A stretch of DNA of 64,000 bases. It comes from Candidatus Micrarchaeota archaeon. Its GTDB lineage: Archaea > Micrarchaeota > Micrarchaeia > Anstonellales > Anstonellaceae. Shown piece after piece: positions 54,472 through 64,000 of this stretch. The stretch is from contig CAYMOY010000001.1 in NCBI GenBank assembly GCA_964392435.1, positions 7,484-71,483 on the forward strand, written 5' to 3'. Position 1 is the stretch's first letter. Each line of letters opens with the position of its first letter. The position numbers were made by a program, and so were the translations under genes. The notes beneath the pieces are model-generated. The model ran no database searches. It had not been told where the DNA came from and saw only the letters and a program-made list of their open reading frames with translations.

Positions 54472-55512
54472 ATGAAGCTTGGCAAGCAGGACCCAAAAGA
54501 GGGCGAAATCAGGCTCACTCCCGAGAACACAGAGGACTTGTGGCACATAGAGCGCATACTCCAGCCTGGCGACAGGGTGCTCTCCAAGTCGTTCCGGCGC
54601 TACAAGGCAACCGAGGGGGACGCGGGCGAGAAAAAGCCGGTCACAATCAAGCTTCTTGTGGAAAAGGTGGAGTTCTCCCGCTTTGCCAACCGGCTGCGCG
54701 TCACAGGCAAAATACTCGAGGGCACGCCGGCTGAATTTGTCCAGCAGGGCTCCTACCATACAGTGGACATAGAGCAGGATTTCCCTGTTTCAATAATCAA
54801 GGACAAATGGATGTCCCATCATCTTTCGCGCATCAAGCAGGCGGTTGCCGAGACGAAACGCCCCAGGCTCGGCATGCTGGTGATGGATGAGAGCAAGGCG
54901 ATTTACGCGACATTGCGCGGCTACGGTGTGGAATACGAGCTTGAACTGGAGAACTGCGCGAGCAAGCGAGACGACAGGTTCGATGAGAAAAAACTTGCGT
55001 TTTTCGGCGAAATCACAAAAAAGCTCCAATCCTCCCAGGTTGGGCGGATTATTGTCGCTGGGCCAGGCTTTGGCGCTGAGAACCTCATGAAGTTCATAAA
55101 GCAGAAATTCCCTGAGCTTGCCAAGAAAATAATAGTGGAGCACTGCACCTACGCAGAGCGCACGGGCATAAACGAGCTTCTCAAGCGCGGAGTTGTCTCA
55201 AAGGTGGCTTCTGAGGAGAGGGCGGGAAACGAGCTTGCGCTCATGGAAGAGTTCTCAACCCGGCTGAGAAAGGATTCTGGCCTGGTTGCCTATGGTCTTG
55301 CGGAGGTGCAAAACGCAGTTGCCGCATCATCCGCCCAAACCATCATGGTGATAGATGAGCTTCTGCGCAACAAAAAGGAAATAGAGGCTGTTGTGGAGGA
55401 GGCGGAAAAGAAAAAAGTAAAGCTGGTCGTCTTCTCGCACGAGTCCGACGGCGGGCGCGAGCTTGAGGGGTACGGCGGCTTTGCCGCGCTTCTCCGGTTC
55501 AGGGTGCGGTGA
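54472..55512 (+). CDS. pelA: Pelota (Dom34-like mRNA surveillance factor)
   Basis: 346 aa; eRF1-like domain order; conserved N-terminal MKLGKQDPKEGEIRLTPENTEDLWHIERIL. Confidence 0.85.
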   Translation: MKLGKQDPKEGEIRLTPENTEDLWHIERILQPGDRVLSKSFRRYKATEGDAGEKKPVTIKLLVEKVEFSRFANRLRVTGKILEGTPAEFVQQGSYHTVDIEQDFPVSIIKDKWMSHHLSRIKQAVAETKRPRLGMLVMDESKAIYATLRGYGVEYELELENCASKRDDRFDEKKLAFFGEITKKLQSSQVGRIIVAGPGFGAENLMKFIKQKFPELAKKIIVEHCTYAERTGINELLKRGVVSKVASEERAGNELALMEEFSTRLRKDSGLVAYGLAEVQNAVAASSAQTIMVIDELLRNKKEIEAVVEEAEKKKVKLVVFSHESDGGRELEGYGGFAALLRFRVR

Positions 55513-55647
55513 ATTTAAAAAAATAAAAAAAGGAACAGTTTCTTGCTGCGCAGGGCGATGCTCCCCCAGAGGCCAGCAAAGCTTTAGGTCAGGACGCTAT
55601 GTTGGCTTTCCAAAACCTGGCAGACGCACGCATTTTTCGCACATGCC

Positions 55648-55866
55648 TCATCTCCAGGCTGGAGAAAAAGCAACTGGCGCCTCTGGTTCGCCAGAACGGA
55701 CAATCGCCCTCCAAACAGTCATGTGCGACACCTTCATGGCATCAGCCACCTCTCTGACTGGCATGCCCTCGCTGAAGTAAAGCTGCAGCGCCAGGGCGAC
55801 TTGCTCCCGTGTCATCTTTCTGGGTCTTCCGGCCCAGCATTTCTCAGCATTTCCGAATTTTTCCAT
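55648..55866 (-). CDS. Small HTH-domain protein (resolvase/transposase-type HTH; possible IS N-terminal remnant)
   Basis: GRPRKMTREQVALALQLYFSEGMPVREVADAMKVSHMTVWR. Confidence 0.35.
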   Translation of the reverse strand: MEKFGNAEKCWAGRPRKMTREQVALALQLYFSEGMPVREVADAMKVSHMTVWRAIVRSGEPEAPVAFSPAWR

Positions 55867-56167
55867 TGCAAACCCCTCCGTTTTTCCCTATTCCAAAAGG
55901 GGCGCAAAAAGTGCGACCGCTAATGGTCATACGGTCCGGAGGCCCGTGCAGTTTGCCAGCCACACAAGCCAGTGCTCATCCAGCACAGACAAGCTTCAGA
56001 ATAAGAGCGGTGCTGGGCATGGGCGAAAAATGCCTATATGCGAATTTTTTCCCAGCCATTTTCTGCACCGCAAAACTCAGTATATGCTTGACTGGGAAAG
56101 AGTATTTATATGTTTGTAACAGGCCGTGTTGCATCTGAAATGAGGTTTGCGCATCTTGTTTTTCTGC

Positions 56168-57121
56168 TTATTTTATCAGCAGCAGCTGGGCCAAAAGCGC
56201 CTCGACCTGCAGCATCTCATTCGCGCCTTCGACCAGCCTGAAGTTGTACTCGCCAATCTTGTCAACGATTGCGACTTTTTCCCGCTCGGTTATGGTAAGC
56301 GCATCCACGGTCCGGTACATCTGCAGCAGCACGTCCTCCCCTGACATCCCATAGCTTATCATCAGCTGATGCAGCTTTTTTCTGGCATCTATAAACTTCC
56401 TGTCCAGCGCCAGCTCCATCATCTGCTTCACTTCGGCGGGCTCTGCCCTGCTTGAGGACTTGTAAACAGACTCTGCGGTGATGCTTTTCGAGTGCAGCGC
56501 AGCCCCCTGCAGCGCGTTTATGGCCCTGCGCATGTCCCCCTCGGATACATAAAGAAGGGCCTCCATCGCCTTTCCGTCAACCTTCAGTTTCTGCCCGTTT
56601 GACACCCGGTCTATCATCTCCTTGCATTCCTCCGCGCTTAGAGGGCGGAAGCGGAAAACGGAGCAGCGAGACTGGATGGGCTCTATTATCTTCGATGAGT
56701 AGTTTGCAGATAGTATGAAGCGCGTCACGTTCACGTAGATTTCCATCGTCCTGCGAAGGGCGTTTTGCGCGTCATTGGTGAGCGAGTCAGCTTCGTCCAG
56801 AAAGATTATCTTGAAAGGCACCTCGCCCAGCGAGACGGTGCGGGCAAAGTCCTTTATCTTGCCCCTAACAACATCTATGCCCCTCTCATCCGAGGCATTC
56901 AGTTCCAATATGCTCTCCTTGTAGCTCTCGCCGTACAAGTCCCGGGCAAGCGCAATGGCGGCAGTGGTTTTCCCAATGCCGGGCGGCCCGGCAAAAAGCA
57001 GGTTGGGCATGTTCTTTTCCTTGACGTAAGCCTTGAGTATTGATACGGTTTCTTTCTGGCCCACAATGTCCTTCAGGCTGCGCGGGCGGTATTCCTCAGT
57101 CCAAGGCGTGTATTCCGACAT
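56168..57121 (-). CDS. rfcS: Replication factor C small subunit
   Basis: PWTEEYRP, GPPGIGKTT Walker A, DEAD-like FLDEADSL, SRC motif. Confidence 0.9.
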   Translation of the reverse strand: MSEYTPWTEEYRPRSLKDIVGQKETVSILKAYVKEKNMPNLLFAGPPGIGKTTAAIALARDLYGESYKESILELNASDERGIDVVRGKIKDFARTVSLGEVPFKIIFLDEADSLTNDAQNALRRTMEIYVNVTRFILSANYSSKIIEPIQSRCSVFRFRPLSAEECKEMIDRVSNGQKLKVDGKAMEALLYVSEGDMRRAINALQGAALHSKSITAESVYKSSSRAEPAEVKQMMELALDRKFIDARKKLHQLMISYGMSGEDVLLQMYRTVDALTITEREKVAIVDKIGEYNFRLVEGANEMLQVEALLAQLLLIK

Positions 57122-57197
57122 GTTCCCCCCCTCTTACTTGCTGCGACAAATACTTATATACATTGGGCATAACAATTAGCCAGCATCGGGGAAAGCT

Positions 57198-57527
57198 ATG
57201 GATGATTTCACATTTTCGCTTGCGGCAGGGGCAGCAGTTTCGGCGCTAGCACTGCTTCTGTTTTCCCCAAGCGGTTTTTCGCTTGCCGCATTCATCTTCC
57301 TTCTGGCGCTTTCGCAGGCGGGTTTTTTCGCCCGGTCAGCGCTTTTGAAATCGGGTTTTGCCCCAAAGCGAGCGGAATACATGTTCATCGCTGCCGTTGT
57401 TGCCTGTTTTTTTGCCGCAGCATTGTCCCTGGGGGTAAAATTCGGGGAAATGACCCAGGTTTTTCCGGTTCCTCTGGCTCTTTGTGCCGCTCCGGCGGCT
57501 TTGCTGTCCAAGCATTACTTCTCTTAG
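57198..57527 (+). CDS. Small hypothetical membrane protein
   Basis: 109 aa, 3 hydrophobic helices. Confidence 0.35.
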   Translation: MDDFTFSLAAGAAVSALALLLFSPSGFSLAAFIFLLALSQAGFFARSALLKSGFAPKRAEYMFIAAVVACFFAAALSLGVKFGEMTQVFPVPLALCAAPAALLSKHYFS

Positions 57528-57531
57528 GTGA

Positions 57532-60500
57532 TTGCCTTTGCATGACCAAGTGAAACTGGAGCATTCCATTCTGGATTTCTGGAAAAAGGAGAAGATATAT
57601 TCAGAGGTCAAGCTCCAGAACAAGGTGGGCAAGGCATTCTATTTCTGCGACGGGCCCCCTTATGCCACCGGGCAGATACATCCTGGCACAGCATGGAACA
57701 AGTCCATAAAGGACGCAATCTGCCGCTACAAGCGCGCAAATGGCTTTTCGGTGCGGGCGCAGCCTGGCTTTGACACGCACGGCCTTCCAATCGAGGTGAA
57801 AGTAGAGCAGACCCTCAAAATATCTGACAAGCGCCAGATTGAAAAGCTCGGGGTGGAGGCTTTTGTGGAGAAATGCAAGGTCTTTGCCACCCAATATATA
57901 GGCGTGATTTCGGACCAGTTCATCCGCTGCGGTGTCTGGATGGATTTCGAAAGCCCCTACATAACATACAAAGACAGCTATATCGAATCTTCCTGGAAAA
58001 CCCTTGCCGCAGCACACCAGAAAGGTTTGCTGCACGAGGGCGTGTATGTGGTGCCCTATTGCAGCCGCTGCGAAACCACGCTTGCCAACTACGAGCTGGA
58101 ATACTCAGAGCAGTCCGACCCGTCAATATATGTGAAATTCAAGTCGGTCTCTTCGGACAACGAATACTTCATCATTTGGACCACCACGCCTTGGACGCTG
58201 GTCTCCAACATGGCAATAATGGCGCACCCCATTTACACATATGTGAAGGTGAGGGTGGGGGACGAAATCTGGATATTGGCAAAGGACCGATTGGACCATC
58301 TGATGGGCTTGGTGGGGCAGCCATCCGCAGTGCTCGGGGAAATCTCGGGCAAGAAGCTTGAGAAAGAAAAGTACGAGCACCCCCTCCAGGACAAAATCGG
58401 AAAGCAATGCGAACGCAGGGTCGTCCTGTCTGACGAATTTGTCACCCTTGAGGATGGCAGCGGCTTGGTGCATTGCGCCCCGGGGCATGGGCCTGAGGAC
58501 TTCATAATCGGCAAGCGGTTCGGGCTGGAGATATTCTCACCTGTGGACGGGGCTGGCAAATTCACCCGGGATGCCGGAGCCTACCATGGCACACAGGTGA
58601 GGGCAGCCTCTGAAAAGGTGATAGAGGACCTTCGGGCTTGCAAAGCGCTGGTGCACTCCTCTTCAGTCACCCACAGGTATCCCCACTGCTGGCGCTGCAA
58701 AACGCCACTCATCTTCATGGCAACAGACCAGTGGTTCATCACGATAAGCAAGCTCAAGGAGAAGATGCTATCTGAGATAGAAAATTGCGACTGGAACCCT
58801 CCGTTTGCAAAAACGCGCTTCCGCGAATTCGTTGCAGGCGCCCCGGATTGGTGCATCAGTCGCCAGCGCTATTGGGGCATACCATTGCCCATCTGGAAAT
58901 GCGGAAGCTGCAGCCACCTCAAAGTGGTCAGCTCAAGGGCTGAGCTTCCCCCCGTTTCAGAGCTTCATCGCCCATACATAGACCGCGTGAAGCTCAAATG
59001 CGAAAAATGCGGCTCTGCCGCGCACAGGATACCGGACATACTCGACGTCTGGTTCGACTCTGGCAATGCGGTATGGGCATCACTCTCCGAAGAGGAGAGG
59101 CGCAACGAAGCCTTTGCGCGCACAGAATTCATAGTGGAGGGGAAAGATCAGACGCGCGGCTGGTTCTACTCGCTTTTAGGCTCAGGGGTTGTGCTCAATA
59201 ACGAGATACCTTACAAGACGCTTCTAATGCACGGATTTTTCGTTGATGAAAAAGGGGAAAAGATGAGCAAGTCGGTGGGCAATTTCGTACCTCTTGAAGA
59301 GGTGGTTGACAAGTACGGCGCAGATTCCTTCCGGCTTTGGGCGCTTTCCAACACAGTGTGGGAAGACCTGCGCTTCAACTGGAATGAGATAAAAGAAGCG
59401 CATGGGACGATAGGCACCATATACAACCTGGGCGTGTTCCTCTCACGATTCTGCAATTCACAGGCCAAGCCAATCATCCCATCCGATGAATATCTGCGCA
59501 TAGAGGATAAGTGGCTGCTTTCACGGCTTTCAGCAACCGTATCTGAATGCGGGGGAGCGTTCGATTCTTACAAGCCTCACCTGGCAGCCAAGGCGGTGCG
59601 CGAATTCCTTCTTGAGGACATCAGCAGGTTCTACATGAAGCTGGCAAAGCAGAGGATAGATGAGGAAGGCGATGGGTGCCCGGCAATTGCAGTGCTATAT
59701 TCTGCAATATTCGAATCCCTCTGCCTGCTTTCCCCCATCGCGCCATTCATATCCGAGGGAATCTACCAGTCATTCTATCGAAAATACGAGGGCAAGAAAT
59801 CAATAAGCCTGTTCTCCTGGCCTGTTGCTGACAAGAGGCGCCACGATGCATTGCTTGAGAAAAGGTTCGCAATCTCCCGCCAGATAGGCACGGCAATCGC
59901 CTCGGCAAGGCAAAAGGCGAATGTGCCTCTGCGCTGGCCAATGGATGAGGCGCGAATAGTCTCCGAGTCCACCGAAGTGCTTTCTTCTGTGGAGCACCTC
60001 TCCGGATTGATAGAGGCGCTTGGGAATGTGCGCCTGGTCCGGGCGGCCAAGCAGCCCAAGACGGAAATAATAGTCTCGATAAACCGCTCGAAAGTCGGGG
60101 CAAAATTCAAGCGGGAATCGCCAGCCGCAATCAAGGCATTGGAGCAAGTGCCCCCCGCTGAAATATCAGCCTGGATTTCTGGCGGTGGCAAGGAGCTGGT
60201 TCTGGCGGATAAGTTTGCAATCGAGCCTGACATGGTCAGCCTGGAGGAGACATCCGAGGGCTTTGCAATAGCCGCATTTGACGGCGGCAAGGTCTACCTC
60301 AAAAAAGAGATAAGGCGCGAGCTATATGAGGAGGCGATGGTGCGGGAGGTGGCCCGCCGCGTGCAGCTGATGAGGAAGGAAAGGAAGCTGGTGGAGTCCG
60401 ACGCAATATCTCTGCACATGCAAACAGATGACAAGGAGCTTGCCTCAATTTTGCGCAAGCACGCCTCGGAGCTCGCATCCCAGGTCAATGCGCAGGAAGT

Positions 60501-60600
60501 CATCTTCGCCAAAATATCAGGCGGCTTTTCCAAGGAATGGGCGATAGGCGAAGCGGAGGTTTCAATCTCATTTGAGAAGAAGCGAGGCTCCCCAGAATAA
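57532..60600 (+). CDS. ileS: Isoleucyl-tRNA synthetase
   Basis: DGPPYATGQIHPGTAWN (HIGH-region variant), KMSKS, WCISRQRYWGIPLP, Zn-binding Cys pairs; 1022 aa. Confidence 0.85.
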   Translation: MPLHDQVKLEHSILDFWKKEKIYSEVKLQNKVGKAFYFCDGPPYATGQIHPGTAWNKSIKDAICRYKRANGFSVRAQPGFDTHGLPIEVKVEQTLKISDKRQIEKLGVEAFVEKCKVFATQYIGVISDQFIRCGVWMDFESPYITYKDSYIESSWKTLAAAHQKGLLHEGVYVVPYCSRCETTLANYELEYSEQSDPSIYVKFKSVSSDNEYFIIWTTTPWTLVSNMAIMAHPIYTYVKVRVGDEIWILAKDRLDHLMGLVGQPSAVLGEISGKKLEKEKYEHPLQDKIGKQCERRVVLSDEFVTLEDGSGLVHCAPGHGPEDFIIGKRFGLEIFSPVDGAGKFTRDAGAYHGTQVRAASEKVIEDLRACKALVHSSSVTHRYPHCWRCKTPLIFMATDQWFITISKLKEKMLSEIENCDWNPPFAKTRFREFVAGAPDWCISRQRYWGIPLPIWKCGSCSHLKVVSSRAELPPVSELHRPYIDRVKLKCEKCGSAAHRIPDILDVWFDSGNAVWASLSEEERRNEAFARTEFIVEGKDQTRGWFYSLLGSGVVLNNEIPYKTLLMHGFFVDEKGEKMSKSVGNFVPLEEVVDKYGADSFRLWALSNTVWEDLRFNWNEIKEAHGTIGTIYNLGVFLSRFCNSQAKPIIPSDEYLRIEDKWLLSRLSATVSECGGAFDSYKPHLAAKAVREFLLEDISRFYMKLAKQRIDEEGDGCPAIAVLYSAIFESLCLLSPIAPFISEGIYQSFYRKYEGKKSISLFSWPVADKRRHDALLEKRFAISRQIGTAIASARQKANVPLRWPMDEARIVSESTEVLSSVEHLSGLIEALGNVRLVRAAKQPKTEIIVSINRSKVGAKFKRESPAAIKALEQVPPAEISAWISGGGKELVLADKFAIEPDMVSLEETSEGFAIAAFDGGKVYLKKEIRRELYEEAMVREVARRVQLMRKERKLVESDAISLHMQTDDKELASILRKHASELASQVNAQEVIFAKISGGFSKEWAIGEAEVSISFEKKRGSPE

Positions 60601-60651
60601 CATATATATTACTTTGCCCTTATATCGAGGTCAACGCTATTAGGTGATGGA

Positions 60652-60831
60652 TTGATTTGCGAAAGATGCTCCGACCAGTGCTATACGACTGAAAAATGCA
60701 ACTATTGCAGCAAGAACGTCTGCGAGGCTTGCAAGAAGTCTGCAAAGCGCGTCAAGAAAGTGCGCCGCTTCGTCATATGCAAGGACTGCTGGGGCAACAT
60801 AGCCAAGCGCAGCAAGTTCAAGGCGCTTTAG
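60652..60831 (+). CDS. Small zinc-ribbon protein (four CxxC pairs), TTG start
   Basis: SD AGGTGA 6 nt before TTG; (M)ICERCSDQCYTTEKCNYCSKNVCEACKKSAKRVKKVRRFVICKDCWGNIAKRSKFKAL; not in ORF track (<60 aa / non-ATG). Confidence 0.4.
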   Translation: MICERCSDQCYTTEKCNYCSKNVCEACKKSAKRVKKVRRFVICKDCWGNIAKRSKFKAL

Positions 60832-60882
60832 GCAGACCGAGAGTTTTTTTAACTATCACTGCTTCTTAATTCCGGTGAAGTC

Positions 60883-62154
60883 TTGCCTAGGATTACCAAA
60901 GTCATAGCCCGCGAAGTGCTCGACTCGCGGGGCAATCCGACCGTGCAGGCGGAAGTGTTCTCTGAAAAGGGATGGGGGAGGGCGACCGCGCCCTCAGGGG
61001 CATCGACAGGCGTGCACGAGGCTCTCGAGCTTCGAGACGGGGGAAGCCGCTATGGCGGCAAGGGCGTGACAAAGGCAATCGCCAGCGTCAACGGCCCGAT
61101 AGCCAAGGCTCTCTTTTCCGCAGAGGCATCGGACCAGCGCGCGATAGATGCGCTGCTTTGCGACCTGGACGGCACGCCCAACAAGTCAAGGCTTGGGGCG
61201 AACGCGACCACCGCGGTTTCGCTTGCTGTCGCGCAATGCGCAGCTTCAGAGGAAGGGGTGGGGCTTTATCGGATAATTGCCAGGGGAAAAAAGCCGATTC
61301 TGCCTTCTCCAATGATGAATGTCATCAACGGGGGCAAGCACGCCGGAAGCGGGCTTTCGATACAGGAGTTCATGATTTTCCCAATCGGCTTTCAAAAATT
61401 CTCAGAGGCTCTTCGCGCTGGCTCTGAGATTTACCATTCTCTTGGGGAGCTGATTGCGAAAAAATACGGCAAGCAGGCAACCGGGCTTGGGGATGAGGGG
61501 GGGTTTGCCCCTCCGTGCAAAACAACCGGCGATGCACTCGACCTTCTAGAATCTGCAACAGAGGATTGCGGTTACCTAAAAAAAGTGAAGTTTGCGATTG
61601 ATTCTGCGGCATCCTCTTTCTTCGAGGCAAAGTCTGAAAAGTACCTGGTGGACGGCAAGAAGCTCTCGGCAGGTCAGCTTTCAGACTTTTACGTGCGCCT
61701 TGCAAAAGAATACCCCCTGGAGTCAATCGAGGACCCATTTGAAGAAGAGGCGTTTGACGAGTTTGCGGCCCTTCACAAGAGGCTTTCCGGCAAGGTGCAG
61801 CTTGTGGGGGACGACATTTTTGTCACCAGCCTTTCCCGACTGAAGAGGGGCATAGCCACGAATTCAGCATCCGCGCTTCTCCTAAAAGTGAACCAGGTTG
61901 GCACGCTCACCGAGGCGCTTGACGCGGCAGAGCTTTGCAGGCAAAGCAGCATGGGCGTGGTGGTTTCGCACCGCTCTGGGGAAACGGAGGACACCTCGAT
62001 AGCGGACATTGCAACCGGAATAGCCTGCGGGCAGATAAAGACCGGCTCGCTTGCGCGGGCAGAGCGGACTGCAAAATACAACCGCCTCTTGCAGATAGAG
62101 GACGAGTTGCCTCCCACCAGCTTTGCGGCTGGGTCTAAGATAGCAAAGGGATGA
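60883..62154 (+). CDS. eno: Enolase
   Basis: 423 aa; SRGNPTVQAEV, GASTG, DDIFVT..., SHRSGETED motifs. Confidence 0.9.
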   Translation: MPRITKVIAREVLDSRGNPTVQAEVFSEKGWGRATAPSGASTGVHEALELRDGGSRYGGKGVTKAIASVNGPIAKALFSAEASDQRAIDALLCDLDGTPNKSRLGANATTAVSLAVAQCAASEEGVGLYRIIARGKKPILPSPMMNVINGGKHAGSGLSIQEFMIFPIGFQKFSEALRAGSEIYHSLGELIAKKYGKQATGLGDEGGFAPPCKTTGDALDLLESATEDCGYLKKVKFAIDSAASSFFEAKSEKYLVDGKKLSAGQLSDFYVRLAKEYPLESIEDPFEEEAFDEFAALHKRLSGKVQLVGDDIFVTSLSRLKRGIATNSASALLLKVNQVGTLTEALDAAELCRQSSMGVVVSHRSGETEDTSIADIATGIACGQIKTGSLARAERTAKYNRLLQIEDELPPTSFAAGSKIAKG

Positions 62155-62158
62155 CATC

Positions 62159-62572
62159 ATGCTTACATTCACTCTTGAGGAAAAAAGAAAATTCCCGCTG
62201 ATTTCGCTTCTGTTCAATATCTCCCTTGGCGCTCTGCTTTTGCTTGGCGCATTATCAATGTCATTTGCAAATTTCATGCTGGGGGCGATATTGTTTTCTC
62301 TGGGGCTGGTGCTGCTTCTTGGCAATGAATACCTGGCTTTCCGCCGCTTGAAGATACGCGGCTTTGCCAGGGCAAAAACCGTCTCGCCGACAGCGTTCCT
62401 TTCGGGTATTCTCAATTTTGCGATATTGGCTCTTTTCCCAGCAGTTGCCGCGCTGGTGCTTTATTTCGGCTTTGGGGCGGAAGAAAGAGTTCTGCTGCTG
62501 GTCTTCGCATCTCTTTGTGTTGCCAGCATAAAGGTGGCTGCCCGCACAGCCGAGCTATTCCTTGTAAAATAA
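62159..62572 (+). CDS. Hypothetical membrane protein
   Basis: 137 aa, 4 hydrophobic helices. Confidence 0.4.
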   Translation: MLTFTLEEKRKFPLISLLFNISLGALLLLGALSMSFANFMLGAILFSLGLVLLLGNEYLAFRRLKIRGFARAKTVSPTAFLSGILNFAILALFPAVAALVLYFGFGAEERVLLLVFASLCVASIKVAARTAELFLVK

Positions 62573-62624
62573 GCCCATAAAGTCCCGCTGCACCTGCCCC
62601 GGGCGAATGTGGGGGAAAAGGCGC

Positions 62625-62948
62625 TTACTGCAGACCATATTTTTTCCTTATTCCGTTTTCCGGATGCTCTGCGACGGCGCGCAGCTGCTCAACCAGAAAG
62701 CCCACAAGCGTCTTTGCAGCCTCGGCTTCCTTCTCGCTTTTGCCCTCAAGGCGGCTGTCTATGTTGCTGCGCCAGTTCCATTGGGCGGCAAGCTTGCTTT
62801 TGTCCCCTGTCCGGTCTACTTCGTGCAAGGTGGTAAGGACCAGAAGATAGGGCCTCCCATCGCTTTCTTTCATCAGCTTCTCATTCGCCTCATCGACTAT
62901 TTTGCGAACCCTTTCCTCTTCCTCGGTTATTTTTTTCTCGTCTGCCAT
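62625..62948 (-). CDS. Hypothetical acidic protein
   Basis: MADEKKITEEEERVRKIVDEANEKL... Confidence 0.4.
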   Translation of the reverse strand: MADEKKITEEEERVRKIVDEANEKLMKESDGRPYLLVLTTLHEVDRTGDKSKLAAQWNWRSNIDSRLEGKSEKEAEAAKTLVGFLVEQLRAVAEHPENGIRKKYGLQ

Positions 62949-63017
62949 GATGATTACCTCTTTTGCGCGCCAGCGCAAAACTGCACGGATGGCGAAGCGC
63001 CTCGGGCAGGATGGAGC

Positions 63018-63076
63018 AAACCGAAGGTTTGCGACAGCTTTGGAGCTTCAGCTCCAAACTGCACTGATGGCGAAGC
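63018..63076 (-). repeat. Partial duplicate of tRNA-Asn 3' end plus 20-nt trailer (TCCTGCCCGAGGCGCTTCGCCATCxGTGCAGTTT), separated from the gene copy by hairpins GGAGCTGAAGCTCC and GCAAACCTTCGGTTTGC
   Basis: Plus-strand ctgcacggatggcgaagcgcctcgggcagga (63022-63052) vs ctgcactgatggcgaagcgcctcgggcagga (63060-63090). Confidence 0.6.
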
Positions 63077-63205
63077 GCCTCGGGCAGGACTTGAACCTGC
63101 GACCTATGGATTGCTGCCGTTGCATTCGCAACAGTTAACAGTCCATCGCTCTACCGTTCAGTCTCAAGAGGGCGCACCCTCAAGAAAAGACTGAGCTACC
63201 GAGGC
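63077..63205 (-). tRNA. tRNA-Asn (anticodon GTT) with two introns: 33-nt D-loop intron and 24-nt canonical 37/38 intron
   Basis: Acceptor GCCTCGG/CCGAGGC, D-stem GCTC/GAGC, anticodon stem ATGGA/TCCAT, loop CTGTTA|intron|A, T-arm GCAGG-TTCAAGT-CCTGC, G73. Confidence 0.65.
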
Positions 63206-63237
63206 AGATTGTCCAAAACGTCTCTATAGTTTTGTCC

Positions 63238-63368
63238 ATGCCACTGGCCGGATTTGAACCAGCAACACATCGGTGCCGAAACCACCGGCGGATTTTGGCG
63301 CATCCTGCGTCCGTTACTCCGCTGGCAATTCTTCAGCCGATTGCTCTCCCAGGTTGAGCTACAGTGGC
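63238..63368 (-). tRNA. tRNA-Phe (anticodon GAA) with ~56-nt canonical intron
   Basis: Acceptor GCCACTG/CAGTGGC, D-arm GCTC-AACCTGGGA-GAGC, anticodon stem ATCGG/CCGAT with loop CTGAAG|intron|A, T-arm GCTGG-TTCAAAT-CCGGC; TATA-like TTTATTAA ~25 bp upstream (minus strand). Confidence 0.7.
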
Positions 63369-63401
63369 GTGCATTCGATTGTACGGAAAAACGTTAATAA
63401 A

Positions 63402-63818
63402 TCAAAGCCTATCCCCCAATGCCCGCCCGGCATGCTCCCTCATGAGGCACCTGTCCATCACAACCAGCAGCCCCGCCTCCTCCGCCTCCGAGGCGGCAGC
63501 AGGGCTTATTACACCCTCCTGCATCCAGACTGCCTTTGCCCCCAATTCAATTGCTGATGCAACTATGGGCGGTACCTTCTCGCTTTTCTGGAAAATGTTC
63601 ACCACGTCTATCTTGAATGGGACGGTTTCAAGGCTGGGATAGCTTTTCTCCCCCATCCACATCTGCACTGACGGGTTGACCGGCACCACGCGGTATCCTT
63701 GCATCTTGAGGTAAGATGCCACCCTGAATGAGGGCCTCTCCTTTTTGTCAGAAAGCCCGACTATCGCAACGGTCTTCATCCCAAGTATCTTCCCTATAGT
63801 TTCAGGCTCGTTCATCAT
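63402..63818 (-). CDS. CoA-binding domain protein (YccU-like)
   Basis: MNEPETIGKILGMKTVAIVGLSDKKERPSFRVASYLKMQGYRVVPVNP...; start at internal Met of ORF 63402..63896. Confidence 0.6.
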   Translation of the reverse strand: MMNEPETIGKILGMKTVAIVGLSDKKERPSFRVASYLKMQGYRVVPVNPSVQMWMGEKSYPSLETVPFKIDVVNIFQKSEKVPPIVASAIELGAKAVWMQEGVISPAAASEAEEAGLLVVMDRCLMREHAGRALGDRL

Positions 63819-64000
63819 TAAGCCTCGCCATTGCTCCTGCAAAGTGCGCTGATGATTTCTCCGTGCGGGGCATCTGTGCGCACCGCGGTCGGGCAAAAAT
63901 GCGTCCGCCCTGCCGCAAACCCTTTCTTTCTAAGGCTGCCAAGCGCCTCTTCAATCCCCATTATCCTGCCCTTCATTTTCTTTGCCAGATGGTGAAGGTC

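Noticed and set aside
63832-63987. 52-aa minus-strand ORF MKGRIMGIEEALGSLRKKG... near the window end
   Set aside because: Short, no SD/TATA context, overlaps the probable promoter of the CoA-binding protein gene; insufficient support.

Overview
This 64 kb window is a GC-rich archaeal chromosomal segment (GC-rich is judged by eye; no exact value was computed). Roughly 60 protein genes read in both directions, densely packed, with SD-like GGAGGT/GAGGTG motifs and A/T-rich TATA-like boxes in the short intergenic regions.

Clear housekeeping genes:
- thermosome subunit with a GGM-repeat tail, and S-adenosylhomocysteine hydrolase;
- ABCE1/RLI, Pelota, RFC small subunit, and isoleucyl-tRNA synthetase;
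- enolase, DnaG primase, Hjc resolvase, and a Hef-like DEAH helicase;
- archaeal histone, Sm protein, NadE, NadA, RpiA, and a Kbl/BioF-type acyltransferase.

Transport and lipid genes include two P-type ATPases (one truncated at the window start), ZIP, MFS and VIT1-family transporters, and a myo-inositol-1-phosphate synthase next to a CDP-alcohol phosphatidyltransferase.

RNA genes read directly from the sequence:
- six tRNAs: Val-TAC, Ala-GGC, Val-GAC, His-GTG, Asn-GTT and Phe-GAA;
- an RNase P RNA;
- a probable C/D-box sRNA.

The most unusual features:
1. A ~1.36 kb cassette (nucleotidyltransferase two-gene module) sits in the 3' end of the thermosome gene, flanked by a 42-bp direct duplication of that gene's tail. 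A PDDEXK (DUF1016) nuclease and a Fic protein with a degenerate active site follow it.
2. Four of the six tRNAs are followed within 5-70 bp by partial copies of their own 3' ends, which often carry a short insert related between loci. Three tRNAs have non-canonical D-loop introns, and tRNA-Asn has two introns.
3. A cluster of three N-glycosylation-rich surface proteins includes a 1020-aa protein with two perfectly identical 648-bp direct repeats.
4. An RHH/RelE toxin-antitoxin pair is wedged into the inositol-lipid operon.
5. A secreted protein is built of Myxococcus-type cysteine-rich repeats plus thrombospondin type-3 repeats.
6. A membrane-anchored winged-helix regulator lies next to a palindrome-rich region, and an array of hairpins separates two convergent genes.
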